Source: Thermoplasmata archaeon
Lineage (GTDB): Archaea; Thermoplasmatota; Thermoplasmata; Lutacidiplasmatales; UBA184
DNA length: 64,000 bases
NCBI GenBank assembly: GCA_052326445.1
Contig: JBKQNC010000011.1
Location: 65,229-129,228 of the forward strand
Direction of reading: 5' to 3'
Below are positions 47,301 through 56,862 of the stretch, piece after piece (positions within the stretch are counted from its first letter, which is position 1; the number at the start of each line of letters is the position of its first letter). The position numbers and the translations under genes are program-made. The notes under the pieces were generated by a model. It was not told the DNA's origin, searched no databases, and was given only the letters and a program-made list of their open reading frames with translations.

Positions 47301-47540
47301 ATGAGCGAACTCGAATGGGAACTGAGACGCATCCCCACGCCGTCCGCCCTGCGCGCTCCGGGAATCTCTCCGCCCCGCAGGGGAGCGGTCGCCGAATTTG
47401 CCGCCCTTGAATTCCCCCGGGAGAGCGTGGCTTGGGTGGTAGGGACCCACCGGCGCAAGAAAGCCAAAGTCGCCGCCAAGCCTGAACCGAAGGCGCCCAA
47501 GACGAAACAACAGAAACTCGACCGGTTCTGGGGCGTCTGA
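47301..47540 (+). CDS. Small basic protein with C-terminal PIP-box
   Basis: Ends KTKQQKLDRFWGV (QxxLxxFW); AT-rich promoter-like region upstream. Confidence 0.65.
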   Translation: MSELEWELRRIPTPSALRAPGISPPRRGAVAEFAALEFPRESVAWVVGTHRRKKAKVAAKPEPKAPKTKQQKLDRFWGV

Positions 47541-47597
47541 GCGACTAACCTGGGTGCAACCTGACTTGTACCCACTGGCAGACCAAACCGACCTAGC

Positions 47598-48863
47598 TCA
47601 GGGATGGCACCCGCTGACCGCGTAGTCGTCCCCGTTGAATTCAGCGTATCCGAAGTCTTCGTACAGGTCGGATTCCGTGACCGTAACGTGGTTGACCGGG
47701 TCGTAGAAGACGACGACCCCGTTGTTCGGGTTGTCGGATAAGATGACCGAAGGTCCGAGCAGCTGATGGAGGGAGCTCAGAGTGCTCGCAGGGATCGCGG
47801 GATTATCATGAGCGCACGAGGTAAGTGGAGGTCCTCCTCCATGTCCCCCCCCGCCTCCTCCCGGGGTGGTGATAGTGATCGGCTGCGGGTTGGCATTCGG
47901 CGAAATAGCGATCGTAGCGAGTACGACCACGAGCACGAAAAAGACCGCCGAGGCGCGGTAAGCTACAGGCCAGCGAGCCGGCGAATCTGACAGAGTCCCT
48001 TTGGGGGTAACACGCGGGTGACGCACGGGGCGGGCGACCGGGGCCGAAGATACGACTCGCAACCCTCCTACCACTATGTTCACGATGAGAAGGCCGATCA
48101 AGATCCCGATCGAAGGGAAGACCAAAGAAAGGGTGACGGCGCCAATCGCCGCGCCAGCACCGTAGAGGGCCTGAAATGCTGGATCCGCCGGGGAGGTTCG
48201 GGGCTCCGTGATCATGTACAACCCGAAGAAGATAGTCGCTGGATCGGCGACTTCCAGGAAGAGGACGTTGGGATTCAAGGAGGCGCTGATCAGCAAGTGG
48301 ACGGCTGCTACCGTCAGCCCATAGGCGACGAAGAATCCGAGTGGAAGGCGCCAGCTTCGAGGACTTCGGGCCAGAAGCAACAACCCGAGGCCCACCATGA
48401 TGAACTCTCCATACTGGCCCAATGACACCCACCAAGCGGGAGCCAGCCCGAAAACTAGCGCGCCGAGAAACACTCCGGAGGCAGCGGGATTGAAAAACGG
48501 ATGTCCTCGGTAGCGAATTGCGTGGCGGATGCCGATGGCGGCGAAGGCAACGGCCCCCGCGAGGGTAAGAGGGACTACAGGGGGAAGGATGACCGCGATG
48601 AGAAGTCCGGTTGCGAGGGCGGCGTCGGGAAATCGAGGCCGTGGGAATCTCGCGACCTGGAAGATGAGGTCGCTTCCCACGGCCACTGCCGGGACGATCA
48701 GGAGGGGGAGAAATCCGAGGCCGTGGAGGACCATTACCCCGTATGTGCCGAGTACGACCAGAGATATCCAAAGGAGACGAGCAGGGGGGAGCCATCGACG
48801 GAAAATGCCGCGCGCGGCCCACGTACGGCCATGCTCACCCGGAGCGGCCAAGGCAGCATCCAC
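47598..48863 (-). CDS. Stand-alone RnfD/NqrB-like membrane protein with C-terminal extracytoplasmic domain
   Basis: TGLLIA..L, HPFFNPAA.G and FGLYMITEPRTSP; about 10 TM. Confidence 0.7.
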   Translation of the reverse strand: MDAALAAPGEHGRTWAARGIFRRWLPPARLLWISLVVLGTYGVMVLHGLGFLPLLIVPAVAVGSDLIFQVARFPRPRFPDAALATGLLIAVILPPVVPLTLAGAVAFAAIGIRHAIRYRGHPFFNPAASGVFLGALVFGLAPAWWVSLGQYGEFIMVGLGLLLLARSPRSWRLPLGFFVAYGLTVAAVHLLISASLNPNVLFLEVADPATIFFGLYMITEPRTSPADPAFQALYGAGAAIGAVTLSLVFPSIGILIGLLIVNIVVGGLRVVSSAPVARPVRHPRVTPKGTLSDSPARWPVAYRASAVFFVLVVVLATIAISPNANPQPITITTPGGGGGGHGGGPPLTSCAHDNPAIPASTLSSLHQLLGPSVILSDNPNNGVVVFYDPVNHVTVTESDLYEDFGYAEFNGDDYAVSGCHP

Positions 48864-49053
48864 GCATCCTCGACTGCGGAACTTGGCTTAAACCCCGACT
48901 CTTGCGATTCGGAGTCGAGGACGGGCTCACCGGATATTCAGATCGAATCCGAAAGGGCGATCTCTCACGGTTCTCAAACAATCCCCCCGCGGTCCCCGGA
49001 ACCACCGGGAGGGATGAATTTCTTGGGGCATGGTCGGGTTAAGATAGTGGGGG

Positions 49054-49518
49054 GTGGAAGTTCGGTATGTGTCCGACCTTTCGGCTACGGTCTCGATTCT
49101 CGTCCTCTTCGTTTCGGTGGGAGTGGGGGGACTTACCCTGTTCCTTCTCCGAGGTGACGCCCGACCCCAAGCAATCTTGAGCGCTCTCGCTCAGGTCACG
49201 CTGATTCCCGAGCGTCGCCGCCGATTCTTGCTCCTGCTGTGGGCCTCGGCAGTATGCTTCCTCGTCACCGGGGTCCTGCTCGGTCTCTACCGATTGGGAT
49301 TGCAACTCGGGGACGACCCGGACCTCTGGTTCTCGATCTCGTTCTTAGTCGGAATGCTCGCGTTGGGGGCCCTCGCGTGGGTAGGCCTCAGCCCGCGACC
49401 GCTGACGGAGTCCGAGCGGGCCGCCGCAGAACGGGACGCTCCGAATATGCTGGAGAGTCTCTGGATGGCACCCTATCGGGGACTGGACGAATCCCCGCCG
49501 AAGCGCGGTAAGCCCTAA
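49054..49518 (+). CDS. Hypothetical 3-TM membrane protein
   Basis: Hydrophobic segments; start uncertain. Confidence 0.65.
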   Translation: MEVRYVSDLSATVSILVLFVSVGVGGLTLFLLRGDARPQAILSALAQVTLIPERRRRFLLLLWASAVCFLVTGVLLGLYRLGLQLGDDPDLWFSISFLVGMLALGALAWVGLSPRPLTESERAAAERDAPNMLESLWMAPYRGLDESPPKRGKP

Positions 49519-49720
49519 GGCAAACTGCCCACCTCGCTGCCAACCTCGGGAATGCCCGGCCGGCGGGAGGCGCCCTGGACGCCGTTCCCCGTGGTGAGGC
49601 TCGTACAAGTTCTGTGTCAGTACCTTAGGTTTGGCTCTGGGTCGGGATCCCCCAGCGGACGGCGCCCCCGGGGCCCAACAGATTCCGCCTTTGCACCAAT
49701 TCCTTAAACCGTCGCACAGG

Positions 49721-50011
49721 GTGTCCGTCCTCGTGGGCCTTTTCGAGCTGTTTGTCGCCGTCCTCATCGCAGGGATGTCCTGCATCAACGCGGCCCTGCC
49801 GGCCAGTGCCTACGTTCGGGCGCGAGATGCACGATTCCTGCTCCTCGCCAGTGCGAACGCGGGTCTGGTCCTCCTTGGGGGCCTCTGGATCTGGGGAGAG
49901 CTGCCGGTCTCGCCGCCATCGTGGACCGCGGCGACCCTGCCCATCCTGGTCCTGGTCCTCATCGTGACTTTGCTCCTTCTCGCCACCACGCTCCTTCCCC
50001 GGCGCGCGTGA
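49721..50011 (+). CDS. Small 3-TM protein coupled to an HTH regulator
   Basis: Three helices; ends 3 nt before the HTH gene start. GTG start inferred. Confidence 0.65.
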   Translation: MSVLVGLFELFVAVLIAGMSCINAALPASAYVRARDARFLLLASANAGLVLLGGLWIWGELPVSPPSWTAATLPILVLVLIVTLLLLATTLLPRRA

Positions 50012-50014
50012 GCG

Positions 50015-50542
50015 ATGGAAGACGACCCGCTGAGCCTTGAAACTCGGCGTCGAATTTTCGCCGCGATCCGCCAGGCCCCTGGGAGCGGCGCACGAGAAGT
50101 TCAACGGGCCGCGGCCACCGGATGGGGAGAGACCACCTACCATCTTGACCGACTGACCCAATCCGGGCTTATCCATCGGGAACGGAGCAGTTCCCAGGAC
50201 CATTATTTTGTGGCCGAAGTTCCCCTCGGAGACCGGAGGCTCCTGGGACTGACTCGGTCCGCTTCCGCTCGGCGGCTCCTGGTGTCGCTCATCGGCTCCG
50301 AGGAATCCACGGTCCCCGAGCTGACCGCTCGGACCGGGTTGAGCGAAGGTCGGCTTTCCGTCCACCTCCGTCGGCTCATCGAAACTGGGGTGGTTCAGAT
50401 GGGGAGGCGGGGAAGATGGAGAACCTTCGTGGTGGGAGATCGAGAAAGGGTGGTGCGACTGTTGGTCACGTACCGAGAGGGTTTCACGGACTCGTTGGTC
50501 GAGGGTCTGGTGGAGACCTGGTCCGATCTGTTCCGACCCTGA
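50015..50542 (+). CDS. Double winged-HTH transcriptional regulator (ArsR/MarR-like)
   Basis: L.TRRRI...I...PG...RE......YHL..L...GLI, and a second HTH EL....GLS...LS.HL.RL...GVV. Confidence 0.85.
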   Translation: MEDDPLSLETRRRIFAAIRQAPGSGAREVQRAAATGWGETTYHLDRLTQSGLIHRERSSSQDHYFVAEVPLGDRRLLGLTRSASARRLLVSLIGSEESTVPELTARTGLSEGRLSVHLRRLIETGVVQMGRRGRWRTFVVGDRERVVRLLVTYREGFTDSLVEGLVETWSDLFRP

Positions 50543-50618
50543 ACCCCCGCCTTTGGACCTACGGGTTCCGTTCTTGGACCAAAAGCGGGGTAGTTCTCCC
50601 CGTGCCTTGGAGGAAGTG

Positions 50619-51593
50619 ATGCGGACCTGCACTGGACGAGGCCCCTCCCGGTGGAAGCATGGCTTGCCCCTCCTCGCCGTGAGCGCCGTAGCCCTCCTTC
50701 TACTCACGATCCCGGTCAACGCTTCTGCGTCCACCACGTCGACCTGGCAAGCGGCGCCCATGTCGTGGTCCAACGGTCTGGTTCTCTGTGTGTTCACGCC
50801 CACCGCTCCCGCCGCGGCCGTGTCGGCCCTCGCCCGTGCAGAGAGTGGGATCTCGGTGGGCCTCAACACGGTCTACGAGGTCAACTCGACCGGCACGGAC
50901 GTCGCCGGGGCACTTCTTTCGACCTCCGGCTGGAACGTGACCAACCTCTCCAGCGAGGATCAGTACGACCTCCACTACTCCACCACGGCGGAGGTCGGTT
51001 CTACCCGTTTTGCCGGAATCACCTTCGGCAACGTCACCATCCAGGTCGACTTCGTGCTCCCGGTCTACGGGGAGTCCCCCACGATGCCGACCGACACGGT
51101 ATCGGTCCAGCTCCTAGTTTCGCAATGGCCCTGGCAGAACGGCACAGATCACCTTGCAATTACCTACACCGCCGCCCCGGCCTACGTAAACACGGAAAAG
51201 TTGGTGTTCGGGACCTCGCCCTCCAGCCTCGTCACCAGCGTCTCCTGGTCCAACGGAACCCCGCTGGAGCAACTGGGCGTCTCCACGGAGGCCGTCGCCG
51301 ACCCGGGGACGCCCGCGAGCACGAACGTGACCGCCGTCGCCGCCGCGTCAGGCAGTGCGCCGGCGGGAACGGTGACCGTCTCCTTTGGAACCGGTGCCGG
51401 AACGTACTCTTCGCTCGGCTTTGACGCGAGCGTGCGGGTCTTGTTCCCGTCCGAGATCGCCGGGATTCCGACCATCGATTTCGTTGCGGTCGGTGCCGTG
51501 GGCGCGCTCATCTCGGTCCTGGTCGCGGCGGGCGTGCGCAGCGTGCGTGGCCGCCCTTCCGACCTTACCTTCGTAGACGAGGAGGAACGATGA
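50619..51593 (+). CDS. Exported Ser/Thr-rich protein with C-terminal TM anchor
   Basis: Signal peptide (…VNASA), multiple N-x-S/T sequons and a C-terminal hydrophobic helix; GGAGG SD before ATG 50619. Confidence 0.75.
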   Translation: MRTCTGRGPSRWKHGLPLLAVSAVALLLLTIPVNASASTTSTWQAAPMSWSNGLVLCVFTPTAPAAAVSALARAESGISVGLNTVYEVNSTGTDVAGALLSTSGWNVTNLSSEDQYDLHYSTTAEVGSTRFAGITFGNVTIQVDFVLPVYGESPTMPTDTVSVQLLVSQWPWQNGTDHLAITYTAAPAYVNTEKLVFGTSPSSLVTSVSWSNGTPLEQLGVSTEAVADPGTPASTNVTAVAAASGSAPAGTVTVSFGTGAGTYSSLGFDASVRVLFPSEIAGIPTIDFVAVGAVGALISVLVAAGVRSVRGRPSDLTFVDEEER

Positions 51594-51808
51594 CACCGGG
51601 CGGGGCCGAAGTGTCGCCGTCGTCGAACTGGACCGTGGGGCTCTCCTGCGGACACCGGATCGGGGTTCTACCGGACGAGGTGTCACTCGTCGTGATGGCG
51701 CATCTCGTTCGTCATGAAGCGACGAGTGGACTCTTGGCGACTTTTCCGCGCCCCAAATCGGGGCGAAGGTACTTCGTACCTATCCTACCGGGGGTGGCAC
51801 CACGATGA
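51590..51808 (+). CDS. Small hypothetical protein
   Basis: ATGA overlap with the upstream stop; GGAGG SD. Confidence 0.5.
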   Translation: MTPGGAEVSPSSNWTVGLSCGHRIGVLPDEVSLVVMAHLVRHEATSGLLATFPRPKSGRRYFVPILPGVAPR

Positions 51809-51963
51809 ACCGGCGCGGATCGTCCTCTCTCCGATTTGGGGGGTTCGGGTCCGGTGCCCGGACCTCCATTCTCATGATGATGGTCCTGTCCGCGGCGTTC
51901 CTCGATCCACAACATCGGGGTCGCAACAGTCCTAGCAACCGGGGGGCCTCGCCGACCCGCTAG
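51805..51963 (+). CDS. Possible 52-aa hypothetical protein
   Basis: Hand translation MNRRGSSSLRFGGFGSGARTSILMMMVLSAAFLD...; ATGA overlap with the previous stop. Confidence 0.35.
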   Translation: MNRRGSSSLRFGGFGSGARTSILMMMVLSAAFLDPQHRGRNSPSNRGASPTR

Positions 51964-51993
51964 TTTCGTCGAAGCAGAACTCGAGGCAGAAAC

Positions 51994-53067
51994 ATGGCAC
52001 CCTCCCTCCCAACCCTGGGCGCAGATACTTTCCAGGGACCGCAACCTGGATTGGCCGGGGCCGAGCCCCGCTCAGAAGAGAGAATTCATCCCTCGGCTCT
52101 ACCCGAGACGCAGCCCGGGGAGGGGGTCCGGCCCGAGGATCGGGTGGCATCCCTCCTGCGAATTGCGGGAAGATTCGGGACCGGGGTCCCCCTCCGAAAA
52201 CTTCACGAATTGCTACCCTCCGAAGGTCCGGGCACGGTCGATGCCTTACGTAGCTGGCTGGAAGAACGTCCCTCTCTGGCTCACGTGGAGAACGGGCGGG
52301 CGTTCGCACCCACCATCGCCGTCACTTCCGGTTCCGAGCGAGAAGCGCGGGCTGAATACTACCGAAAGTACGCCGAACGCCTCTGGGGGGGCCCCCTCTC
52401 CTTCGCCCAAGATCTTGTCCGATGCGTCGGGATCAGTGGGTCGACCGCCTTTGGAGAGCCGCAGTCGGGTGATGACCTCGATCTTTTCGTCGTTCCTCGG
52501 ACCGGGGCCCTCTGGTGGTTTCTGGCGCGGATGTACTTGACTTTACGGATCATTCGTCGGCGCCATCCCGCATTTCAAGGCCCGCCCCTTTGCCTGAACT
52601 ACGTCCTGGAGGAGAACATCGCTCGCTCCGAGTTCGCGAGTCGGAACGACCCGTTGTTCGCCCGAGAGGCTCTGAACGTCGCCATTCTGAGCGGGGAAGA
52701 TTACTACCGTGGGCTCGTCGCCTCAGCTCCGTGGATGCGCGACATGTTTCCCCGGCTCTACGATATCCGAAGCCAATCGCCGGGAAACCTGGATCCTTCG
52801 CCGGTTCCCTTCTCGATCCGGGCCATGAATCTGGCGGTCTACCCCTTGGTAGCGCTGTACCTCCATATGGGGGGCCTGATCCGGAACTGGCGAGAACGAC
52901 GTGCTGGATCGCCGGATTGGTGTTTCCGAACCGAGACCAGCCGAGGTCGTCTGGCGTTCCCTTCCCGAAGGTTCGACCAGTTAAGGGAGCAATACCTGGA
53001 GTCCTCGGACCTTCGACCAGGTGATGAGGGGGGAGTTGGTTCGACACGTGTATCGACCGTACGTTGA
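51994..53067 (+). CDS. Nucleotidyltransferase-domain protein (Pol beta superfamily)
   Basis: GISGS.A.G......DDLDLFVV (GS plus DxD), CLNYV and LFARE. Confidence 0.75.
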   Translation: MAPSLPTLGADTFQGPQPGLAGAEPRSEERIHPSALPETQPGEGVRPEDRVASLLRIAGRFGTGVPLRKLHELLPSEGPGTVDALRSWLEERPSLAHVENGRAFAPTIAVTSGSEREARAEYYRKYAERLWGGPLSFAQDLVRCVGISGSTAFGEPQSGDDLDLFVVPRTGALWWFLARMYLTLRIIRRRHPAFQGPPLCLNYVLEENIARSEFASRNDPLFAREALNVAILSGEDYYRGLVASAPWMRDMFPRLYDIRSQSPGNLDPSPVPFSIRAMNLAVYPLVALYLHMGGLIRNWRERRAGSPDWCFRTETSRGRLAFPSRRFDQLREQYLESSDLRPGDEGGVGSTRVSTVR

Positions 53068-53115
53068 GAACCTCCACGTCCTCGCCTCCGTACTACGGGC
53101 GAAAGGTCGAGGGTT

Positions 53116-54312
53116 GTGGTAGCTGAACTTCGCCCCGGCCGCGCCGGGCCGGCCCGACCCGTCCAGTCCGACCACCTTGAGCTAGTCCGCACCTCAGGGC
53201 CCCTTCCGCTGGGGTACGTCCAGGAGAATTCCCTGATCTGGCTGGTGGCTCGTGAGTCTACCGCTCTCTGGCCCACCCAGGTTCTCCGGGAGGGCCGCGC
53301 GCAGCTTCGGGTGGACGACCACCTAGTTTCCGGGACCGTGGAGCTGATCACCGATCCCGAAGAACGCAGCCAGGTTCTGGAACGCTTTCGAGCCAAGTAC
53401 GGGGAGCGTCGGTTCGAACGACACTACGCTCATCCCGCGCGGGTCTTTCGTGTCGATATCCGTCCTTCGGGGCCCCCAGACAACAAGGAAGTGACGTATC
53501 GTCGCTGGCTGGTCGGCGAATTCGATAACCTTGCGGACGACTACGACCGCCACATCACGGAAAACCGCGTGAATCGGCTCCTCCGGGAGCGCTCGCTCGC
53601 AGAACTCCGGCGAGTCTTCTCCTCGGCGCACTACTTGCTCGACGTAGGGTGCGGTTCCGGGATGGAGACGCTTCCCCTCCTCACCGACGGGCACGAGATC
53701 GTATGTGTGGACATTTCAGAACGGATGCTCGAAGTGGTCCGGAAAAAGGCACGGGCGGCCGGACTTTCGGAATCCCTTCGAACCATCCGAGCCTCGGCCG
53801 CAGAACTTGCGGAGGTGCGAAAGGTCATCTCCGGCCCGTTCGACGGTGCGTACTCGACCTACGGTGCGCTGAACTGCGAGGAGGACATCGGGGCGGTGCC
53901 TCCCGTTTTGTTCGACCTCATGGCGCCGCGTGCCCCGTTGATCGCAGGGGTCTACAATCGTTGGTGCCTTTTCGAGATGCTCGCGTACGGGATCACCGGC
54001 CGCTGGTCCCGGGTGTTCGGACGAGTCCAGACTCCGGTTCCCGCCGGTACCTCTCGGTTCTCCGTTGACGCCTTTGCCTATTCCGTGGCCGAATTTCGGG
54101 CAGAGTTCCACCGGTGGTTCGAGGCCGAGCGAGTTCTGGGCGTGCCCGTCATCATTCCAACCTCTGACATGGTGGTCTACGCCGACCGATTCGCCCGACG
54201 GTGGGAAGTGCTCGCGAACATCGACCTCGCCTTAGGGCGCAATTGGCCGTGGAAGCTGCTGGGGGATCACTTTCTGCTGACTTCGTTCCGCCGCGCAGCA
54301 CCCCTCAGTTGA
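53116..54312 (+). CDS. Class I SAM methyltransferase with N-terminal split-barrel (nitroreductase/DDN-like) domain
   Basis: FD..ADDYD, LLDVGCGSG, VDISERML and FDGAYS.YGALNC; N-terminal domain ends ITDP....VLERFRAKYG. Confidence 0.8.
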   Translation: MVAELRPGRAGPARPVQSDHLELVRTSGPLPLGYVQENSLIWLVARESTALWPTQVLREGRAQLRVDDHLVSGTVELITDPEERSQVLERFRAKYGERRFERHYAHPARVFRVDIRPSGPPDNKEVTYRRWLVGEFDNLADDYDRHITENRVNRLLRERSLAELRRVFSSAHYLLDVGCGSGMETLPLLTDGHEIVCVDISERMLEVVRKKARAAGLSESLRTIRASAAELAEVRKVISGPFDGAYSTYGALNCEEDIGAVPPVLFDLMAPRAPLIAGVYNRWCLFEMLAYGITGRWSRVFGRVQTPVPAGTSRFSVDAFAYSVAEFRAEFHRWFEAERVLGVPVIIPTSDMVVYADRFARRWEVLANIDLALGRNWPWKLLGDHFLLTSFRRAAPLS

Positions 54313-54487
54313 GCTCCGTGATTCGAACAAGTTGGGATAGAAGGACCCTAGACCCATACTCTCGGCCTGGGGGTTGCAAGCTGGCTTGCACCCACGCTGC
54401 CTCGAAGGCGCTGTTAGATTCAGAGCTAGGTCGTGTTTCGTTCTATTCGGTCACCCTCTTACGAGAAGGGCGATCCAGGAGCCGAGT

Positions 54488-55120
54488 TCACGGAAGGGCG
54501 CTCGAGCCCGTACCATCGAATCCCGCGGTGCCCGTGTATGTAAGTTGGTAGCCCTGGCCCGTCGGATTAGAAGTTCCAATGTCCACCCATAGAGAGTAAA
54601 GATTGTTCAGTGTGGTGGTGGATTGGATATCGTCGAAGTAAACCCACCCAGAGTACATCGACATCGAACCTCCCGGTGTGGGGTAGTCGGCTGAAAGGAC
54701 CCCAGATTGGTTGAAGATCGTGAACCCCGCTTGCACGCTAAAGACGATCAACAGACTGCCGTTTGGACGCTCGACATGGAACAGAATTTGGTCAAACTCA
54801 ATCTGTGAAGACTCGAACGTGAGATTGTAGAGGTAGTCCCCTCCCGAACAACCCGAGGTCCGGAACTTATCGCCCTGAGGACACTTGGACAGCCGTGCGT
54901 TGCCCACTGTGAACGGGCCCCCCCAGCCATGGTCTGAGGGCGAAACGGGCTGTGGGAACAGTGGTATCAGTCCAAGAGCCCCGGCGAGCAGGATGACAAC
55001 GGCAACAGCGATTACGCCTCCGACGAGCCAGAATTGCCAGGACGCCTTCTTCACCGTTGTAGTGACTCTCGCGGTTTGAGCCGATAAAATCAGCGGCGGG
55101 GATACATTGGCCGGCTGCAT
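54488..55120 (-). CDS. Membrane-anchored pilin-like domain protein
   Basis: TM helix, then C..GC..GDY.Y.LT.ESS...SM.SGW...VDIG...G...LP, shared with its paralogs. Confidence 0.7.
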   Translation of the reverse strand: MQPANVSPPLILSAQTARVTTTVKKASWQFWLVGGVIAVAVVILLAGALGLIPLFPQPVSPSDHGWGGPFTVGNARLSKCPQGDKFRTSGCSGGDYLYNLTFESSQIEFDQILFHVERPNGSLLIVFSVQAGFTIFNQSGVLSADYPTPGGSMSMYSGWVYFDDIQSTTTLNNLYSLWVDIGTSNPTGQGYQLTYTGTAGFDGTGSSALP

Positions 55121-55344
55121 TACTAGTCTTATCTGGACCGCCGCTCCGAACCCTGAGTGGCAGCCCAGAGGTGCAAACGGGTTTGCACCTCCCCGTCGAG
55201 GGTTGGGCGTCTGCGGGGCCGGCACAGGCGAGTTTCCGGCCTGCGAGGTATTTTTAGGGCCCGGACATTGAACCGAGCGGCATGAACCGGCCCGAAGAGT
55301 ATTAATTGAGGTCCGCTGAATCCGTCCTGCGCCCGTTCGAACCC

Positions 55345-55614
55345 ATGCTCGAGGTCCGTTTGGATGGTTGGCTCAGGGGATTTGGGCCGCACAAGAGCGA
55401 GAAGGTCGAGGCCGGCTCGGTGGGTGTGATGATCGATGTCCTCGAACAGCGTTACCCACGATTTCGGTACAAGGTACGCGACGAAACGGGGCAGCTCCGC
55501 CGGTACGTTCGGGTCTTTGTGGACGGACAGGACGTCAGCGGAACGACGGGAGTGGACACGCCTTTGACGGGCGCCCACACTGTAGACATCATCCATTCAA
55601 TCGCGGGCGGTTAA
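55345..55614 (+). CDS. Ubiquitin-like SAMP/MoaD/ThiS family protein
   Basis: L...YP.....DETG.LR.YV.VFVDG.DV...G.DT.L; ends IAGG. Confidence 0.9.
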   Translation: MLEVRLDGWLRGFGPHKSEKVEAGSVGVMIDVLEQRYPRFRYKVRDETGQLRRYVRVFVDGQDVSGTTGVDTPLTGAHTVDIIHSIAGG

Positions 55615-55627
55615 GGAGAGGGAGAAA

Positions 55628-56752
55628 ATGGCGCGGGACAACAAAATGCGAATCTTGGTCGGAACGCGGAAGGGGACCTACGTAGTCAAAGGAGACACCA
55701 AGCGGAAGGCATGGAAGGTGGGACCGGCGTCCCATGAGGGGTCCGAGGTTTATCACGTGGTGGCCGACCCGCGGCATCCGGGAGACATCTACGCTGCCGT
55801 GAACAGCGCTTTCTGGGGCCCGATGATCCAACGTTCCCGGAACTGGGGAAAAACGTGGAAGGAGATCGGCACCCCGCTCACCCCTCCCAAGAAAGACCGT
55901 AAACCCCGGTTCGACGATTCGGATCCCACCACGAAATGGGCCATCAGCAATCTCTGGCACATCGAGCCCGGGCTCCCCAGCCAGCCGAACACGCTCTACC
56001 TCGGCGCCGACCCGCACTTGCTCTTCCGCACCTCGGATCTGGGATCTAGCTGGGAGCCGATCGAGTCGCTCAACAATCACCCGAAGAGGAAGGACTGGTC
56101 TCCTGGGGCGGGGGGTGCCTGCCTGCACACTATCCTCATCGACCCGCGCGATGCCCGTCGGATGTACGTGGGGTTGTCCGCCGTGGGAACCTTCCGGACC
56201 GAGGACGGCGGCGAGTCATGGAAGCCGACCAACAAAGGAGTGGAAGCGCCGTTCCTTCCGAACAAGTTTCCGGAGACGGGGCAATGTGTCCATGATGTAG
56301 CCGCGGATGCCGGGAACCCGGACACCTTCTACCGGCAGGACCACGGTGGGATGTACGTCTCCCACGATCGGATGGAAAAGTGGGTCCGAATCGGCAAACC
56401 GCTCGGGGACGACTTCGGCTTCACGGTGGCGTCGCCCCCGGCCGTCCCGGGGAGGGCCTACTTTGTCCGGTTGGACGGGATGGCCCGCGTGACCGGAGAG
56501 GGACATTTCCAGGTCCACGAGTGGAATGACAAGACCCGCAAGTGGCGGAAACTTCTCTCACCGAAGGCGTTTCCCGGTCACTTCGGGGTTCAACGAGAAG
56601 GGATCGCGACCGACGATCGGGACCCCCCAGGAATTTACGTCGGCACAACTACGGGACAGCTCTTCATCAGTTCGGATGCGGGCAAGAGCTGGAAGCTGCT
56701 GCCGTTCAGCTTCCCGTCCATCCACTCCGTGAGCATCGCGAACCCCGGGTAA
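55628..56752 (+). CDS. BNR/Asp-box beta-propeller protein (sialidase-like fold)
   Basis: ILVGTRKG, Asp-boxes SRNWGKTW, TSDLGSSW, TEDGGESW and SSDAGKSW, plus GQCVH. Confidence 0.85.
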   Translation: MARDNKMRILVGTRKGTYVVKGDTKRKAWKVGPASHEGSEVYHVVADPRHPGDIYAAVNSAFWGPMIQRSRNWGKTWKEIGTPLTPPKKDRKPRFDDSDPTTKWAISNLWHIEPGLPSQPNTLYLGADPHLLFRTSDLGSSWEPIESLNNHPKRKDWSPGAGGACLHTILIDPRDARRMYVGLSAVGTFRTEDGGESWKPTNKGVEAPFLPNKFPETGQCVHDVAADAGNPDTFYRQDHGGMYVSHDRMEKWVRIGKPLGDDFGFTVASPPAVPGRAYFVRLDGMARVTGEGHFQVHEWNDKTRKWRKLLSPKAFPGHFGVQREGIATDDRDPPGIYVGTTTGQLFISSDAGKSWKLLPFSFPSIHSVSIANPG

Positions 56753-56862
56753 GACCTGAGCGGGCATGGGAGCGCACACTTCCCACCCGCCCAAGCCCTT
56801 CACCGGGTCAGCAGGAGCGCCTTGGCGGTGATCGACCATGGACTCATCCCCGCGGTCCGGGC

